Notes: a model not told the origin generated them from the sequence alone. A stretch of DNA of 64,000 bases from an uncultured Verrucomicrobiae bacterium (GCA_963702845.1 OY969763.1:5952001-6016000), one strand, 5' to 3'. Shown: positions 43,751 to 53,502, numbered from the stretch's first letter. A program made the numbers and translations.

Positions 43751-44659
43751 ATGCCAGTTTATCTTCCGCCAATTTCCCGACGCCGTTTTCTTGCCACCTC
43801 GTTGACCGCCGTTGCCGGCGCGCTCTGTGTCCCATCCCTGCTCGCCGCTAACCGTAAGACCGATTCGGATACCTGGGCATTTCTGTCGGATATCCACATC
43901 GCTGCCGATCCGAAGAAAGTCGCGCGTAACACCAACATGACGAACAATCTCAAAGCGGTGCGAAAAGAAATCCTGAGCTGGCCAACGCGTCCCGGAGGCG
44001 TGCTCGTCAACGGTGACCTCGCGTTCAACAACGGTGAAACCGCCGATTACGCCGCCGTTACCAAGGTGTTCGAACCATTGCGCAAAGACGGCATGCCCGT
44101 CGTGCTCGGCATCGGCAATCACGACAACCGCGAACGCTTCTGGGACTCGATGAAATCAGCCAAGCGAACGGAACCAAGTGTTGCTGATCGCCAGGTCATG
44201 ATGATCAGCAACAAGCATGCAAACTTTTTCGTCCTCGATTCACTCATCAAGACGTTGCAAACCCCTGGCTTGGTTGGCGAAGAGCAACGTGAATGGTTGA
44301 AGAAAAGTCTGGATGCGAATACCGATAAACCGGCGATTGTCATCGTTCATCACAATCCGATCGATTCCGGCATGGCGACCAACTTGAACGATCAGAAAGA
44401 AATGTTTGAGATACTTCGCCCGCGCAAACAGGTCAAAGCGTGGTTCTTCGGCCACACCCACTATTGGAATGTCGCGCAGGACGAAAGCGGCATTCACATG
44501 GTCAATCTGCCGTGCGTCGCCTATCCGTTCAAACCTGAGGCCCCGAGCGCCTGGGTCCACGCAACCCTGAAACAAGATGGAATCCGCCTCGAACTCCGGT
44601 GCGTCGATCCGACGCACAAAGCCCAGGGCCAAGTCAAAGACCTGACCTGGCGCGCGTAG
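43751..44659 (+). CDS. Tat-exported metallophosphoesterase
   Basis: SRRRFL Tat motif; SDIH, GD, GNHD and GHTH. Confidence 0.9.
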   Translation: MPVYLPPISRRRFLATSLTAVAGALCVPSLLAANRKTDSDTWAFLSDIHIAADPKKVARNTNMTNNLKAVRKEILSWPTRPGGVLVNGDLAFNNGETADYAAVTKVFEPLRKDGMPVVLGIGNHDNRERFWDSMKSAKRTEPSVADRQVMMISNKHANFFVLDSLIKTLQTPGLVGEEQREWLKKSLDANTDKPAIVIVHHNPIDSGMATNLNDQKEMFEILRPRKQVKAWFFGHTHYWNVAQDESGIHMVNLPCVAYPFKPEAPSAWVHATLKQDGIRLELRCVDPTHKAQGQVKDLTWRA

Positions 44660-44661
44660 AA

Positions 44662-46209
44662 TCAGTTCAGGCCTTTTAAAATTTGCAGGGTGGTAGGGTT
44701 TGTGATCGCAATCGCGATCTGCGGAAAAATCCCCAGCACAAACATCAACGCAATCGCCGGGAGCGCAATGAAGCGTTCAGTCATTGTCAGGTCAAATTTC
44801 GCCTCGACTGGCTTGGTGAGCGGCCCATGGAATACCCGTTGAATCAAAGTCAGGATAAACACCGCCGTCACGAGCAGACCAATTGTCGAAACCGCCGCCG
44901 CACTTGTCGCAAGCGGGAACACGCCCTTGAAAATCAGGAACTCACCAACAAACCCATTCAAGCCCGGCAATCCCAGCGACGCAAATAGAGTAATACCCAT
45001 GAACCCGCAAAGAACCGGCGCGACTTTCCGCAGACCTCCAAAGTTTTCGATGTTGCGCAACCCACCATTGCGTTGTTCCAACACGCCAACAAAATAGAAC
45101 AACGCACACGCCGTTAGTCCGTGGTTGACCATCTGCAACAACACACCGTTCAGAGCCGCGGCTTTTTCCAACGGCGCGTTGATACTTCCGTCGGTCATTT
45201 TCACGATGGCGAAAATCCCGAGCAGGCAATAACCAAGGTGGTTGATTGATGAGTAAGCAACGATTCGTTTGATGTCACGTTGTGCAAATGCTGTAAACGC
45301 CGACACGACGATCGTCGCCACGGCAAGCCACAACAGCGGCGTCGCCAGCGCTCGGGTCTGTTCCGGAAAGATTGGAAGCAGAATGCGAATGAAACCATAA
45401 ACCCCCATCTTCGACATCGCGCCCGTCAGCACCATACTCGTGCTCGTCGGCGCTTCAGTATACGCGTCCGGCAACCACGTGTGAAACGGCACCATCGGCA
45501 CCTTCACCGCGAATCCGAGCAGCACGCCAAAAAAGAGAACGGTGATGAGACTGTGTTCGGTTTTGAAAAGCCCACCACCCAGTTTTGCAAAGAGTATCTT
45601 GCCCAGTTCGCCATTACGTGCGAGGTCGGCCAATTGGTTGAAGTCGAAAATCCCGGTCGCCGCTTGAATGGCAATAAACGCCAGCAACATCGCCACGCTT
45701 CCCACGAGGGTGTAAATGAAGAACTGCATCGCCGCCCGCGTGCGATTGGGGCCACCCCAGAGTTTGATCAGGAAGAACGCAGGAATAAGGCTTAGTTCCC
45801 AAAAAATAAACCAATGGAAAAAGTTCAGTGCGGTGAACGTCCCGAACAGTCCTGCTTCGAGCAGCAACAGCAACGCGAAGTAGAGCTTCGGGTTCTGTCC
45901 AATCCTCCACGCCGCAAGCATCGCAAACGGGATGATGAACGCAGAGAGCAGAAGCATCAGCAAGCCGAGTCCGTCGATACCGAGATGAAACTCGATGCCG
46001 AGCGTTGGAATCCAGGATCCGCGCTCAACGAATTGCATCTGTGCATTGGCCGGATCGAAGCCAACCCAAATACAAACCGCGAGCGCGAAAGCAACGAGTG
46101 ACGTCCCTAGCGCTGTCTGCCGGGCGATGGCGCGCGGAACGCATGCTAAAAGCGCTGCGCCAGCCAGCGGCACAAACGTCAAAACTGTGAGTAACGGATA
46201 AGAACTCAT
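44662..46209 (-). CDS. nuoM: NADH-quinone oxidoreductase subunit M
   Basis: GIDG, FWE, VKVP..PFHTWLPDA, KMG.YG and PGL.GF.GEF. Confidence 0.92.
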   Translation of the reverse strand: MSSYPLLTVLTFVPLAGAALLACVPRAIARQTALGTSLVAFALAVCIWVGFDPANAQMQFVERGSWIPTLGIEFHLGIDGLGLLMLLLSAFIIPFAMLAAWRIGQNPKLYFALLLLLEAGLFGTFTALNFFHWFIFWELSLIPAFFLIKLWGGPNRTRAAMQFFIYTLVGSVAMLLAFIAIQAATGIFDFNQLADLARNGELGKILFAKLGGGLFKTEHSLITVLFFGVLLGFAVKVPMVPFHTWLPDAYTEAPTSTSMVLTGAMSKMGVYGFIRILLPIFPEQTRALATPLLWLAVATIVVSAFTAFAQRDIKRIVAYSSINHLGYCLLGIFAIVKMTDGSINAPLEKAAALNGVLLQMVNHGLTACALFYFVGVLEQRNGGLRNIENFGGLRKVAPVLCGFMGITLFASLGLPGLNGFVGEFLIFKGVFPLATSAAAVSTIGLLVTAVFILTLIQRVFHGPLTKPVEAKFDLTMTERFIALPAIALMFVLGIFPQIAIAITNPTTLQILKGLN

Positions 46210-48188
46210 GAGCACCCCCAAAGCAGAGCAATCACCAGCAGGCAAAGCGCCAGGCCAATCGCGCGCATGTAGCGTTGGATCTGGCCATTCTGGATTTTGG
46301 AAAGTAACCACGCCGAATCGCGCACCGTCGCGCAACCTTCATCGAAGCCGCTGTTGACGAGCTTCTCATCGGACTCGCGGCTGAAGTTGGAAATCAGCAG
46401 AACAAAATTCGAAATGAGGCTGACGAGGCCGCCCCAGATATATTCATCTATCCACGCGAAGGTTTTGGCGAGCACCGCATTCAAGCGGATGACCGTTGCT
46501 TCGTAGATTTCGTCGACGAAATATTTCCGCTCCAGCAGGCGATACACGAACGGGAATTTAAATTCCAGCGGATCAGTGTTCCTGGCGCGACGGTAAACCC
46601 AGAAGCTCAGTCCCATACCGCACGCGACCACGAGCGTCGACAAGAGCATCAATCCCGTCGCCTCGCCGAGCTTGGCAAATTCAACACGTGCGGGTTCGCC
46701 GCCAAGAAACGATTGGAACCAAGGCCAAGCTGGTGTGCCGATGACACCAAGACCAATGGCGAACACGGCAAGAATCGCGAGAGGCACCGTCATAACGCGC
46801 GGCGATTCGTGCGGATGTTTCAGCGTCCGACTCGCTGGCTTAAAGAAAACGTAATAGACCTGGCGCGTCATGTAGAACGCGGTGAGAAATGCGCCGACAA
46901 CCCCGAGCAAAAACGGAACGCTGGAAGGTTCCCAATGATGTGCCGCGTGCAGAATGGCGTCCTTGCTCCAAAAACCTGAAAAGACCAGTGGCACACCACA
47001 GAGCGCCATCATGCCGACGGCATACGTTACAAACGTCACCGGCATGAACTTCCGCAGCCCGCCCATATTGCGAATGTCTTGCTCTTCGTGACAGCCGTGA
47101 ATGACAGAACCAGCGCCGAGAAATAACAGCGCCTTGAAAAATGCGTGAGTGATGAGGTGGAACATCCCAATGGACACGCCGCCGACGCCGAGGCCCATCA
47201 TCATGTAACCGAGTTGTGAAACGGTGGAATAGGCGAGAATACGTTTGATGTCATTTTGCGCGACAGCAATCGACGCGGCGAACACAGCGGTGATCGCGCC
47301 AACCCAAGTTACAACGTGCAATGCAGTGCCCGCGCTCATTAACGGATAGACGCGTGCGACGAGGAACACACCAGCGGCGACCATCGTCGCTGCATGAATG
47401 AGCGCGCTGACGGGTGTTGGGCCTTCCATCGCGTCGGGCAACCAGACGTGCAGTGGTAGTTGACCGGATTTGCCAGCCGCTCCACAGAACAACAGGAGCG
47501 AAATGGCTGTAGAAACAGCCATTTCGCCTAGGGTTGTTTGGGTCAGGAGTTTGGTGATGGAAGATTGTTCAAGGCAACCGGCGCCATTGTCGTAGAACAG
47601 CAACGTGCCCGTTTTCGAATAGAGCCAAAGGATGCCAAGGAAAAATCCGATGTCTCCGATTCGTGTGGTGATGAACGCTTTCTTGCAAGCGGCCGCCGCG
47701 CTCGGTTTGTGATACCAGAATCCAATAAGGAGATATGAAGAGAGCCCGACCAGTTCCCACGAGATGAACAGGAGCAACAAACTGTTCGCGACGACGATGC
47801 CGAGCATCGCTGCGGCGAAGAGTGACAGGAAGCAGAAGTAACGGGCGAAGTTTTCGTCATTCGCCATGTATCCGACGCTATAGATGAAGATCAGCAGGCT
47901 GACGAACGTGACCATTACCGCCATCAACGCGGTTAAAGGATCGAGGATGAACCCGAGTTGCACCGTTGTGGTGCCGAGATCGAACCATTTGAAGTTGAGA
48001 ACTTCGCGCGGCGCATTCGGTAACGTGTGTGCGAACGCAATGACCGCAAGCACGAGCGAAGCCGCCATCGCGCCGATTGCCAACGAAGCTGCGACCCTCC
48101 GGGATGTGCGCGGCAAAACTGAGCTGATGGCCGCCGCAATCAGCGGCAACACCGGAATCAGCCACAATATTTTGATAGGCGCGATCAT
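46206..48188 (-). CDS. nuoL: NADH-quinone oxidoreductase subunit L
   Basis: GKSGQLPLHVWLPDAMEGPTPVSALIHAATMV and HAFFKALLF. Confidence 0.95.
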   Translation of the reverse strand: MIAPIKILWLIPVLPLIAAAISSVLPRTSRRVAASLAIGAMAASLVLAVIAFAHTLPNAPREVLNFKWFDLGTTTVQLGFILDPLTALMAVMVTFVSLLIFIYSVGYMANDENFARYFCFLSLFAAAMLGIVVANSLLLLFISWELVGLSSYLLIGFWYHKPSAAAACKKAFITTRIGDIGFFLGILWLYSKTGTLLFYDNGAGCLEQSSITKLLTQTTLGEMAVSTAISLLLFCGAAGKSGQLPLHVWLPDAMEGPTPVSALIHAATMVAAGVFLVARVYPLMSAGTALHVVTWVGAITAVFAASIAVAQNDIKRILAYSTVSQLGYMMMGLGVGGVSIGMFHLITHAFFKALLFLGAGSVIHGCHEEQDIRNMGGLRKFMPVTFVTYAVGMMALCGVPLVFSGFWSKDAILHAAHHWEPSSVPFLLGVVGAFLTAFYMTRQVYYVFFKPASRTLKHPHESPRVMTVPLAILAVFAIGLGVIGTPAWPWFQSFLGGEPARVEFAKLGEATGLMLLSTLVVACGMGLSFWVYRRARNTDPLEFKFPFVYRLLERKYFVDEIYEATVIRLNAVLAKTFAWIDEYIWGGLVSLISNFVLLISNFSRESDEKLVNSGFDEGCATVRDSAWLLSKIQNGQIQRYMRAIGLALCLLVIALLWGCS

Positions 48189-48191
48189 TCG

Positions 48192-48503
48192 TTAGCCTTT
48201 GAGTGAATCCATTTGTTCGAGTTGCGTCGTCTGGCGATGACGATAGACGGCAATAATCAGAGCGAGGCCCACGGCAGCTTCGGCCGCGGCAATCGCGATG
48301 GAAAAAATCACGGCCATGATGCCGGTTGGCGCAGTGCCGCTGACGCCGTAACGCCAGAACGCGATGAAATTCATATTGGCGGCATTGAGCATAAACTCGA
48401 TCCCGAGCAGCACGATGACCGCATTGCGCCGTGTGACCGCGCCCGCGAATCCAACCGCGAAGAGCAGCCCAGACAGTCCCAAATAATACGAGAGCGGTGT
48501 CAT
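48192..48503 (-). CDS. nuoK: NADH-quinone oxidoreductase subunit K
   Basis: RRN....IE.MLNA and AAAEAAVGLA. Confidence 0.95.
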   Translation of the reverse strand: MTPLSYYLGLSGLLFAVGFAGAVTRRNAVIVLLGIEFMLNAANMNFIAFWRYGVSGTAPTGIMAVIFSIAIAAAEAAVGLALIIAVYRHRQTTQLEQMDSLKG

Positions 48504-49111
48504 ACAGTTGTGAGCTCCGGTTTGTTTGCAGTTCCCGCTTTTGCCGGCGGGATTTCAGATGGAAAGCGCGCAGCGGGCTTTGAATCCGCACGAACCATAG
48601 ACCGCTTCTTTTCCGGCGTGTCAGACATCGCAATCACAACCGCTCCAATCAAAGCGGCAGTAAGCAACAAGCCCATCGCTTCCAATGGCAGCAGATAACG
48701 AGTCATGAGCTCGTTGCCGATCAACTGAACCGGAGCCGAAGCGTCCGTCGGCGCAGTCTTGAAGGAAATTGAGCTGCTGAAGATCGGCAACAAAATCGCC
48801 GCCAACGCGCCGATCGTGATTGCGATACCCGTGATCCAAGAACGTGAAAAGATGGCAACGTTCGGTTCGACTTCGCTCCCGCGCGTCAGCAATACCGTGA
48901 AGATGCTGAGAATTGAAATGGCGCCGACGTAGACGAGGAATTGGGCGAACCCGATGAATTCCGCATCCAATCCCAGGAACGCCACTGCCAGACCCGCAAA
49001 CGCCAACGCCGCGGCCAACGCGCAATGCACCGGATTGCGCAGGCGCATTGCTGCGACCGCGGCGCTGAGCGTAAAAACTGCGGTCAGGCAAAATGTAATT
49101 TTATTCGGCAT
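48500..49111 (-). CDS. nuoJ: NADH-quinone oxidoreductase subunit J
   Basis: NPVH.AL, AEF....Q.LVYVGAI and Y.LP.E. Confidence 0.92.
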   Translation of the reverse strand: MPNKITFCLTAVFTLSAAVAAMRLRNPVHCALAAALAFAGLAVAFLGLDAEFIGFAQFLVYVGAISILSIFTVLLTRGSEVEPNVAIFSRSWITGIAITIGALAAILLPIFSSSISFKTAPTDASAPVQLIGNELMTRYLLPLEAMGLLLTAALIGAVVIAMSDTPEKKRSMVRADSKPAARFPSEIPPAKAGTANKPELTTV

Positions 49112-50315
49112 ACCGATAGGTCCGCGGCGCGCGTTTCAAACTCAACACGCGTCCCAAAATTTCATAAGCAGTAAAAAATAATCCGATGCAGGCCAGCCAT
49201 CGCGGTGCGACAGTTTCGAAATATTCCAATGGACGGGAGAGGACCGGGGTGGGCCAACTTACGGTCGCGAAATGCCAGATGCCAGCCACGACGATGTTTA
49301 CCAACGTAAGCGGCACAACGAATTTCCACGCGAAATTGAGCAGTTGGTCGAAGCGCAAACGAGGAACGGTGCCGCGTGCCCAAATGAATACTGCGATCAG
49401 CACGCCAAACTTGGCGAAGAACCACAGCCAGGATGGCAACACGCTCAAGAACGCGAGCGGCGCATTCCAACCGCCGAGGAACAGCGTGACTGCTAGTCCG
49501 GTCACGGCGAACAATCCGAGATATTCGCCGAGGAAGAAGAGGGCGTATTTGAAACCGGAGTATTCCGTCAGGAAGCCGGCGATAATTTCCGATTCGCCTT
49601 CGGGCAAGTCGAACGGCGCACGATTCGATTCCGCGGTGGCTGCAATCATGAACAACAAGAAACCGGCGGCGCCCCACGGCGTGAACACGTTCCACTGACC
49701 GACACCAAACGCGAAACCGGACTGCGCGTTAACGATCTCGTTCAAGTTCAAAGTCCCGCTGAGCATCAGCACCGGGATGGTCGAGAGCACCAGCGGCACT
49801 TCGTAACTGATCATCTGTGCAACCCCGCGCATCGCACCGATGAGCGAGTATTTATTGTGGCTCGACCAACCGGCCATGAACACGGCGAGTTCAGAGGCCG
49901 AGCCAACGGCGAAGAAGAACAGGATGCCCGCGTCGAGATCGATCGCGCTCATGTTCCGGCCAAACGGCAGGACTGCAAAGGCGAGCCAGATGGGAACCGT
50001 TAACACGATGGGAGCGAGGTAGTGCAGCACTTTGTCGGCGGCGTAAGGAACGATGTCCTCTTTGGTCAGCATCTTAACGGCATCGGCCATTGGCTGAAGA
50101 AATCCACACGGGCCAACGCGATTCGGGCCGTAACGGTTTTGTATTCGGCCGAGTCCTTTACGTTCCAGAATCGTGGTGAGCGCAAAGGCTGTCCCGAACA
50201 CTGCGATGATTGCCGCGATGCTCAGCACCACCGAGCTAACCGGTTGCAGAAAGGCTGGAACAAACGTCAGCAACCATTGCTTCAGCGTGACAAAAATCTG
50301 GTCAAGCATTGTCAT
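49101..50315 (-). CDS. nuoH: NADH-quinone oxidoreductase subunit H
   Basis: ERK..GRIQ.R.GPNRVG, AQMISYE, NRAPFDLPE.ESE and PRLRFDQL. Confidence 0.95.
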   Translation of the reverse strand: MTMLDQIFVTLKQWLLTFVPAFLQPVSSVVLSIAAIIAVFGTAFALTTILERKGLGRIQNRYGPNRVGPCGFLQPMADAVKMLTKEDIVPYAADKVLHYLAPIVLTVPIWLAFAVLPFGRNMSAIDLDAGILFFFAVGSASELAVFMAGWSSHNKYSLIGAMRGVAQMISYEVPLVLSTIPVLMLSGTLNLNEIVNAQSGFAFGVGQWNVFTPWGAAGFLLFMIAATAESNRAPFDLPEGESEIIAGFLTEYSGFKYALFFLGEYLGLFAVTGLAVTLFLGGWNAPLAFLSVLPSWLWFFAKFGVLIAVFIWARGTVPRLRFDQLLNFAWKFVVPLTLVNIVVAGIWHFATVSWPTPVLSRPLEYFETVAPRWLACIGLFFTAYEILGRVLSLKRAPRTYRYAE

Positions 50316-50510
50316 AACAGGGAAGCGAACTGATCACGCGAATTGAGGTGGTAATGGCAAAACGCGGTTTTCATTCAACTTCTTTCAACATTCGAGCAGC
50401 AATCAATGTGCAGTAAGAATCTCCTGAAATATCGAGAGAGACTCAGCGTAAATTGGCGAAACATTAGCCAAATTTGTCTATAGGGCGGGCCTTTGATTTG
50501 AGCGCCGAAT

Positions 50511-50550
50511 GGAACTAAAAGGAACCAAAGGGAACCAAAAGGAACCGAAA
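50511..50550. repeat. Four 10-bp tandem repeats (GGAACYRAAR) immediately downstream of terL
   Basis: ggaactaaaa/ggaaccaaag/ggaaccaaaa/ggaaccgaaa. Confidence 0.8.
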
Positions 50551-50574
50551 TTAAGTTTTTTCGAATCGAATGCA

Positions 50575-52122
50575 TTATAAGCCCCTGAGTTTTGCGACGC
50601 GAATGACGTTCGGTTTGGTGGCGACCATGTAACGCAGGGCGTCAGCGGCATCGTCGCCTCCGGTTCCTTCCTCGTTGGTGTTTGTTTTTAATATATCGCC
50701 GGAACGATCGGGATCGTATTGGAGATAGGGCAACGTTTCGAGAAGGTGGGTGCAGCGTTTGTGAATGAACAGGCTGGGCATGATCCCGGCAGCAGGGTCG
50801 CCCAAGCGTTGTTGGATGGCGGACCATCCACTGACGCGGTCCATGTTGGCGCGGGTGAGTCGAATGCCCAAATCGCGATATTGCGACGCGACGGAGTTGC
50901 CGTTGCTTTCGGTGCCGAACATATCTGTGCCAGCGGGAAATCCAATCACCTTGCGTTTCGTCCATTGATTCCACGCGTGTTGCTGTTCATGCGAGTAGTT
51001 GGGGAAGCGGGAGAGGATGGCTTCTTTGGCATGATCTTCGGTCGAATAGACGGTGTGGCGAGCGAACATTTGTTTGATAGCCTGGGCGTGACGTTGAGGA
51101 ACCCATAAACGTTCGGAATGTTCGTCGACGATGTAGAGGTTTCCCACGTGATCGTAGCAACCCAACAGAACCACAGTGTAATGAGTGTAGCCGTAATCCA
51201 TTGACGCCACCCATTCGACGGCGTGGAATTCTTTAAAACGGCGCAAGCGAGCGAGGTCGTCGAGGAAATTACGATCATCCGGGAGCGGACCGCGCGGCGC
51301 GACGGTCCCCACCTCGTCGTCGCCGATGATGTGGATGTCGGGCCGGAATGTCCGGAAATATTGTCCGGCTGGAATATTCCAATTGCCGTCGCACCAGGCG
51401 TCGCGCTTCCAACCGGTCAATGAGGCGAGTTCGGCTTTGTTTTCATCGTTGACGAAGGCGTTGTCCTCCATGCGGGCGGGGATGAATCGCGTCGTGGACT
51501 CGGTCCTCGATTCGTATGGGACGATAAATTTATCATAATACCATTGATGGCCGAGACCGCCGGGATTGGTGGCGGTATAGATGCGCGGACGCCAATCTTT
51601 GGATGTCCGGCAGCAGGTGGCGATGTCGGCGTATTTGACGGCAGACAGTTGAGTCGCTTCGTCGATGCCAATCACGTCATATTCGAGACCGAGATACTTG
51701 CCGATGTCTTTTTCGTGCTGGTAATGGCCGAGGACAATGCGGGAGCCGTTGGCGAATGTGAGGATACCGCGAGACGCGTTGAAGTCGTGGGGCAGAGAAC
51801 AGAACAGGCGCTCGGTGAAATCCTCGAAGTTTTCGAGATTTGATTTGCCGACTTTTCGCAGCAGCAGGCATTTGAGGCCGGGAAAGCGCTGACAATCGTC
51901 GGCCCCGATCTGGCTGAGGAGCCAATGCGATTTGCCACCGGCGCGCGCGCCTCCATAACCGATGGCGGTAGGACCGTCGGCTTTATCGCAGAGGCGCGCG
52001 GCGGCGCTGGCGGCGAGTTGCCTGGCTTGAAGGATAACTCCAGCGTTGATGAAGTTTTGGATCTGGTCAGCGGGGGATCCGGCTGATTGACAGAGGCCGA
52101 TGAATTGGTCGGGAGAGATCAT
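50575..52122 (-). CDS. Phage terminase large subunit
   Basis: Walker A GYGGARAGGKS, Walker B VIGIDEA, motif III TNPGG, and nuclease residues DYG and DDAADALRY. Confidence 0.92.
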   Translation of the reverse strand: MISPDQFIGLCQSAGSPADQIQNFINAGVILQARQLAASAAARLCDKADGPTAIGYGGARAGGKSHWLLSQIGADDCQRFPGLKCLLLRKVGKSNLENFEDFTERLFCSLPHDFNASRGILTFANGSRIVLGHYQHEKDIGKYLGLEYDVIGIDEATQLSAVKYADIATCCRTSKDWRPRIYTATNPGGLGHQWYYDKFIVPYESRTESTTRFIPARMEDNAFVNDENKAELASLTGWKRDAWCDGNWNIPAGQYFRTFRPDIHIIGDDEVGTVAPRGPLPDDRNFLDDLARLRRFKEFHAVEWVASMDYGYTHYTVVLLGCYDHVGNLYIVDEHSERLWVPQRHAQAIKQMFARHTVYSTEDHAKEAILSRFPNYSHEQQHAWNQWTKRKVIGFPAGTDMFGTESNGNSVASQYRDLGIRLTRANMDRVSGWSAIQQRLGDPAAGIMPSLFIHKRCTHLLETLPYLQYDPDRSGDILKTNTNEEGTGGDDAADALRYMVATKPNVIRVAKLRGL

Positions 52123-52154
52123 AAATGAAGTGATGAGTGACGGGTGATGAGTCG

Positions 52155-52757
52155 TCAGTTACTGGTGTTGGTATTCGTGTTGCTTTGAGCAACGGTAGAA
52201 TTTGGGAAGGCGCGTTTTAGGGCGTTGGTGAGTTTGATTTGGATGGGTGACAGTGCTGGTTCCGCATTTTCGGGCAGATCGCCACCGGTGATGGCGAGAC
52301 GACTAATGTTTGAGGAAATGTTCAAGGCGCGGGCGACCTGGGAAATAGTCATTTTTTGCAGTTGTTCCTCACCGCACGTTTCCAGGAAGCAATGGACGGC
52401 GCAGAGAAGTTTTTGGGCGGCGGTCCATTCCTGATGGCGGAGTTCGGCGAGGCGAGCGGACCATTGCGCGGCCTGTTCGCGCCGGGACGCGGCTTCGGAT
52501 TCGGCCTGCTGCTGCAACACCCCGGCATTGAACGATTGAATACGATCGCTCCAATCAAATTTACTGGACCATTTTTTTATTGTGCCGATGGCTTCATCGA
52601 GTTTATCGGCGACGGCTTGCAACGAACGGCCATGACCGAGTTGGAAAAAGGTCATGAAGGCGCTGTAAGCGCGAGGGCTTTCGCCCTGAGCGCGCGGAAA
52701 CGTCGGCAACGTTGCAGTCAAAGGACCTTCGTTCGCGGTGATTGCTTCGTTTGTCAT
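52155..52757 (-). CDS. Putative terminase small subunit (HTH)
   Basis: GES.RAY.AF..F..LG..RSL..VA....KWS.KF.W..R pattern; directly upstream of terL. Confidence 0.7.
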   Translation of the reverse strand: MTNEAITANEGPLTATLPTFPRAQGESPRAYSAFMTFFQLGHGRSLQAVADKLDEAIGTIKKWSSKFDWSDRIQSFNAGVLQQQAESEAASRREQAAQWSARLAELRHQEWTAAQKLLCAVHCFLETCGEEQLQKMTISQVARALNISSNISRLAITGGDLPENAEPALSPIQIKLTNALKRAFPNSTVAQSNTNTNTSN

Positions 52758-53149
52758 ACTGGATATGCGCGTTGAGAGTTGGCAGGAATTACACGACTTG
52801 GTTTTTTGTTTTTGAGCTGTTTACAAAGCTTGTCCAACAGCTCATCAAAAATCGTCAGCAGCCGCCTGCGCGTTTTAGGATCAGGACAGGTTTTGGCGTA
52901 GATATGAGTGTTTATGTACCAGCATCGTTGGCGAGGGTGGAACACGAGCGCTTGAACCGGCCATAGGTACAATTTATCCCAGAGCGGTTCGGGAACATCC
53001 ATTTCGCGTGAACAAATCCAGAGCGTCCGATCAGGGCCCACAGCGACCTGGTAGACATATGTGGAACCGTCACTGTGCGGTTGAAACGAGTGAAAGAAGT
53101 GGAGGTCTTCGAACTTAATTTTCGTTTTATTAGTCGATAACAGTTTCAT
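52754..53149 (-). CDS. Hypothetical protein, translationally coupled to the terminase small subunit
   Basis: Stop overlaps next ATG (52754-52757); start set at ATG 53149. Confidence 0.55.
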   Translation of the reverse strand: MKLLSTNKTKIKFEDLHFFHSFQPHSDGSTYVYQVAVGPDRTLWICSREMDVPEPLWDKLYLWPVQALVFHPRQRCWYINTHIYAKTCPDPKTRRRLLTIFDELLDKLCKQLKNKKPSRVIPANSQRAYPV

Positions 53150-53172
53150 AGTTATCGTGAGACTAACAACGT

Positions 53173-53197
53173 CACTTGGACAAAGGCTGTCCAAGTG
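53173..53197. promoter_or_regulatory. Perfect palindrome CACTTGGACA-N5-TGTCCAAGTG, candidate operator
   Basis: 10-bp perfect arms about 24 bp upstream of the terminase operon start. Confidence 0.5.
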
Positions 53198-53368
53198 GAA
53201 TTTTTATTGAAAATAATTTGCGCGGCGCAGGAACAGGCGTAACCCATTAATCAGGAATTGGTTGCCGTAGTCGGGAGCTGCATTGGCCTGCTAATTCTTG
53301 CTAATAGCCGCTGAATTTAGTGCTGGTTTTGATGGCAGAGAAAGAATGGGTGATGTCTCGCGACGGAC

Positions 53369-53472
53369 GCGAAGAGCGCGAACATTATGGGATAGGGATA
53401 AACGATAGGGATACTCGATCCGAAACGGACGATTTCAAAAAACGGATTTGTGTCAATAGTTGGGACTGACAC
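53369..53472 (-). mobile_element. Degenerate Y1 (IS200/RAYT-like) transposase remnant with terminal 23-bp hairpin
   Basis: 53369-53445 repeats 55391-55485; hairpin GTGTCA-ATAGTTGGGAC-TGACAC at 53450-53472. Confidence 0.55.
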
Positions 53473-53502
53473 TTGCACTCTGCTTCCAAAGGCGCATCTA
53501 AT

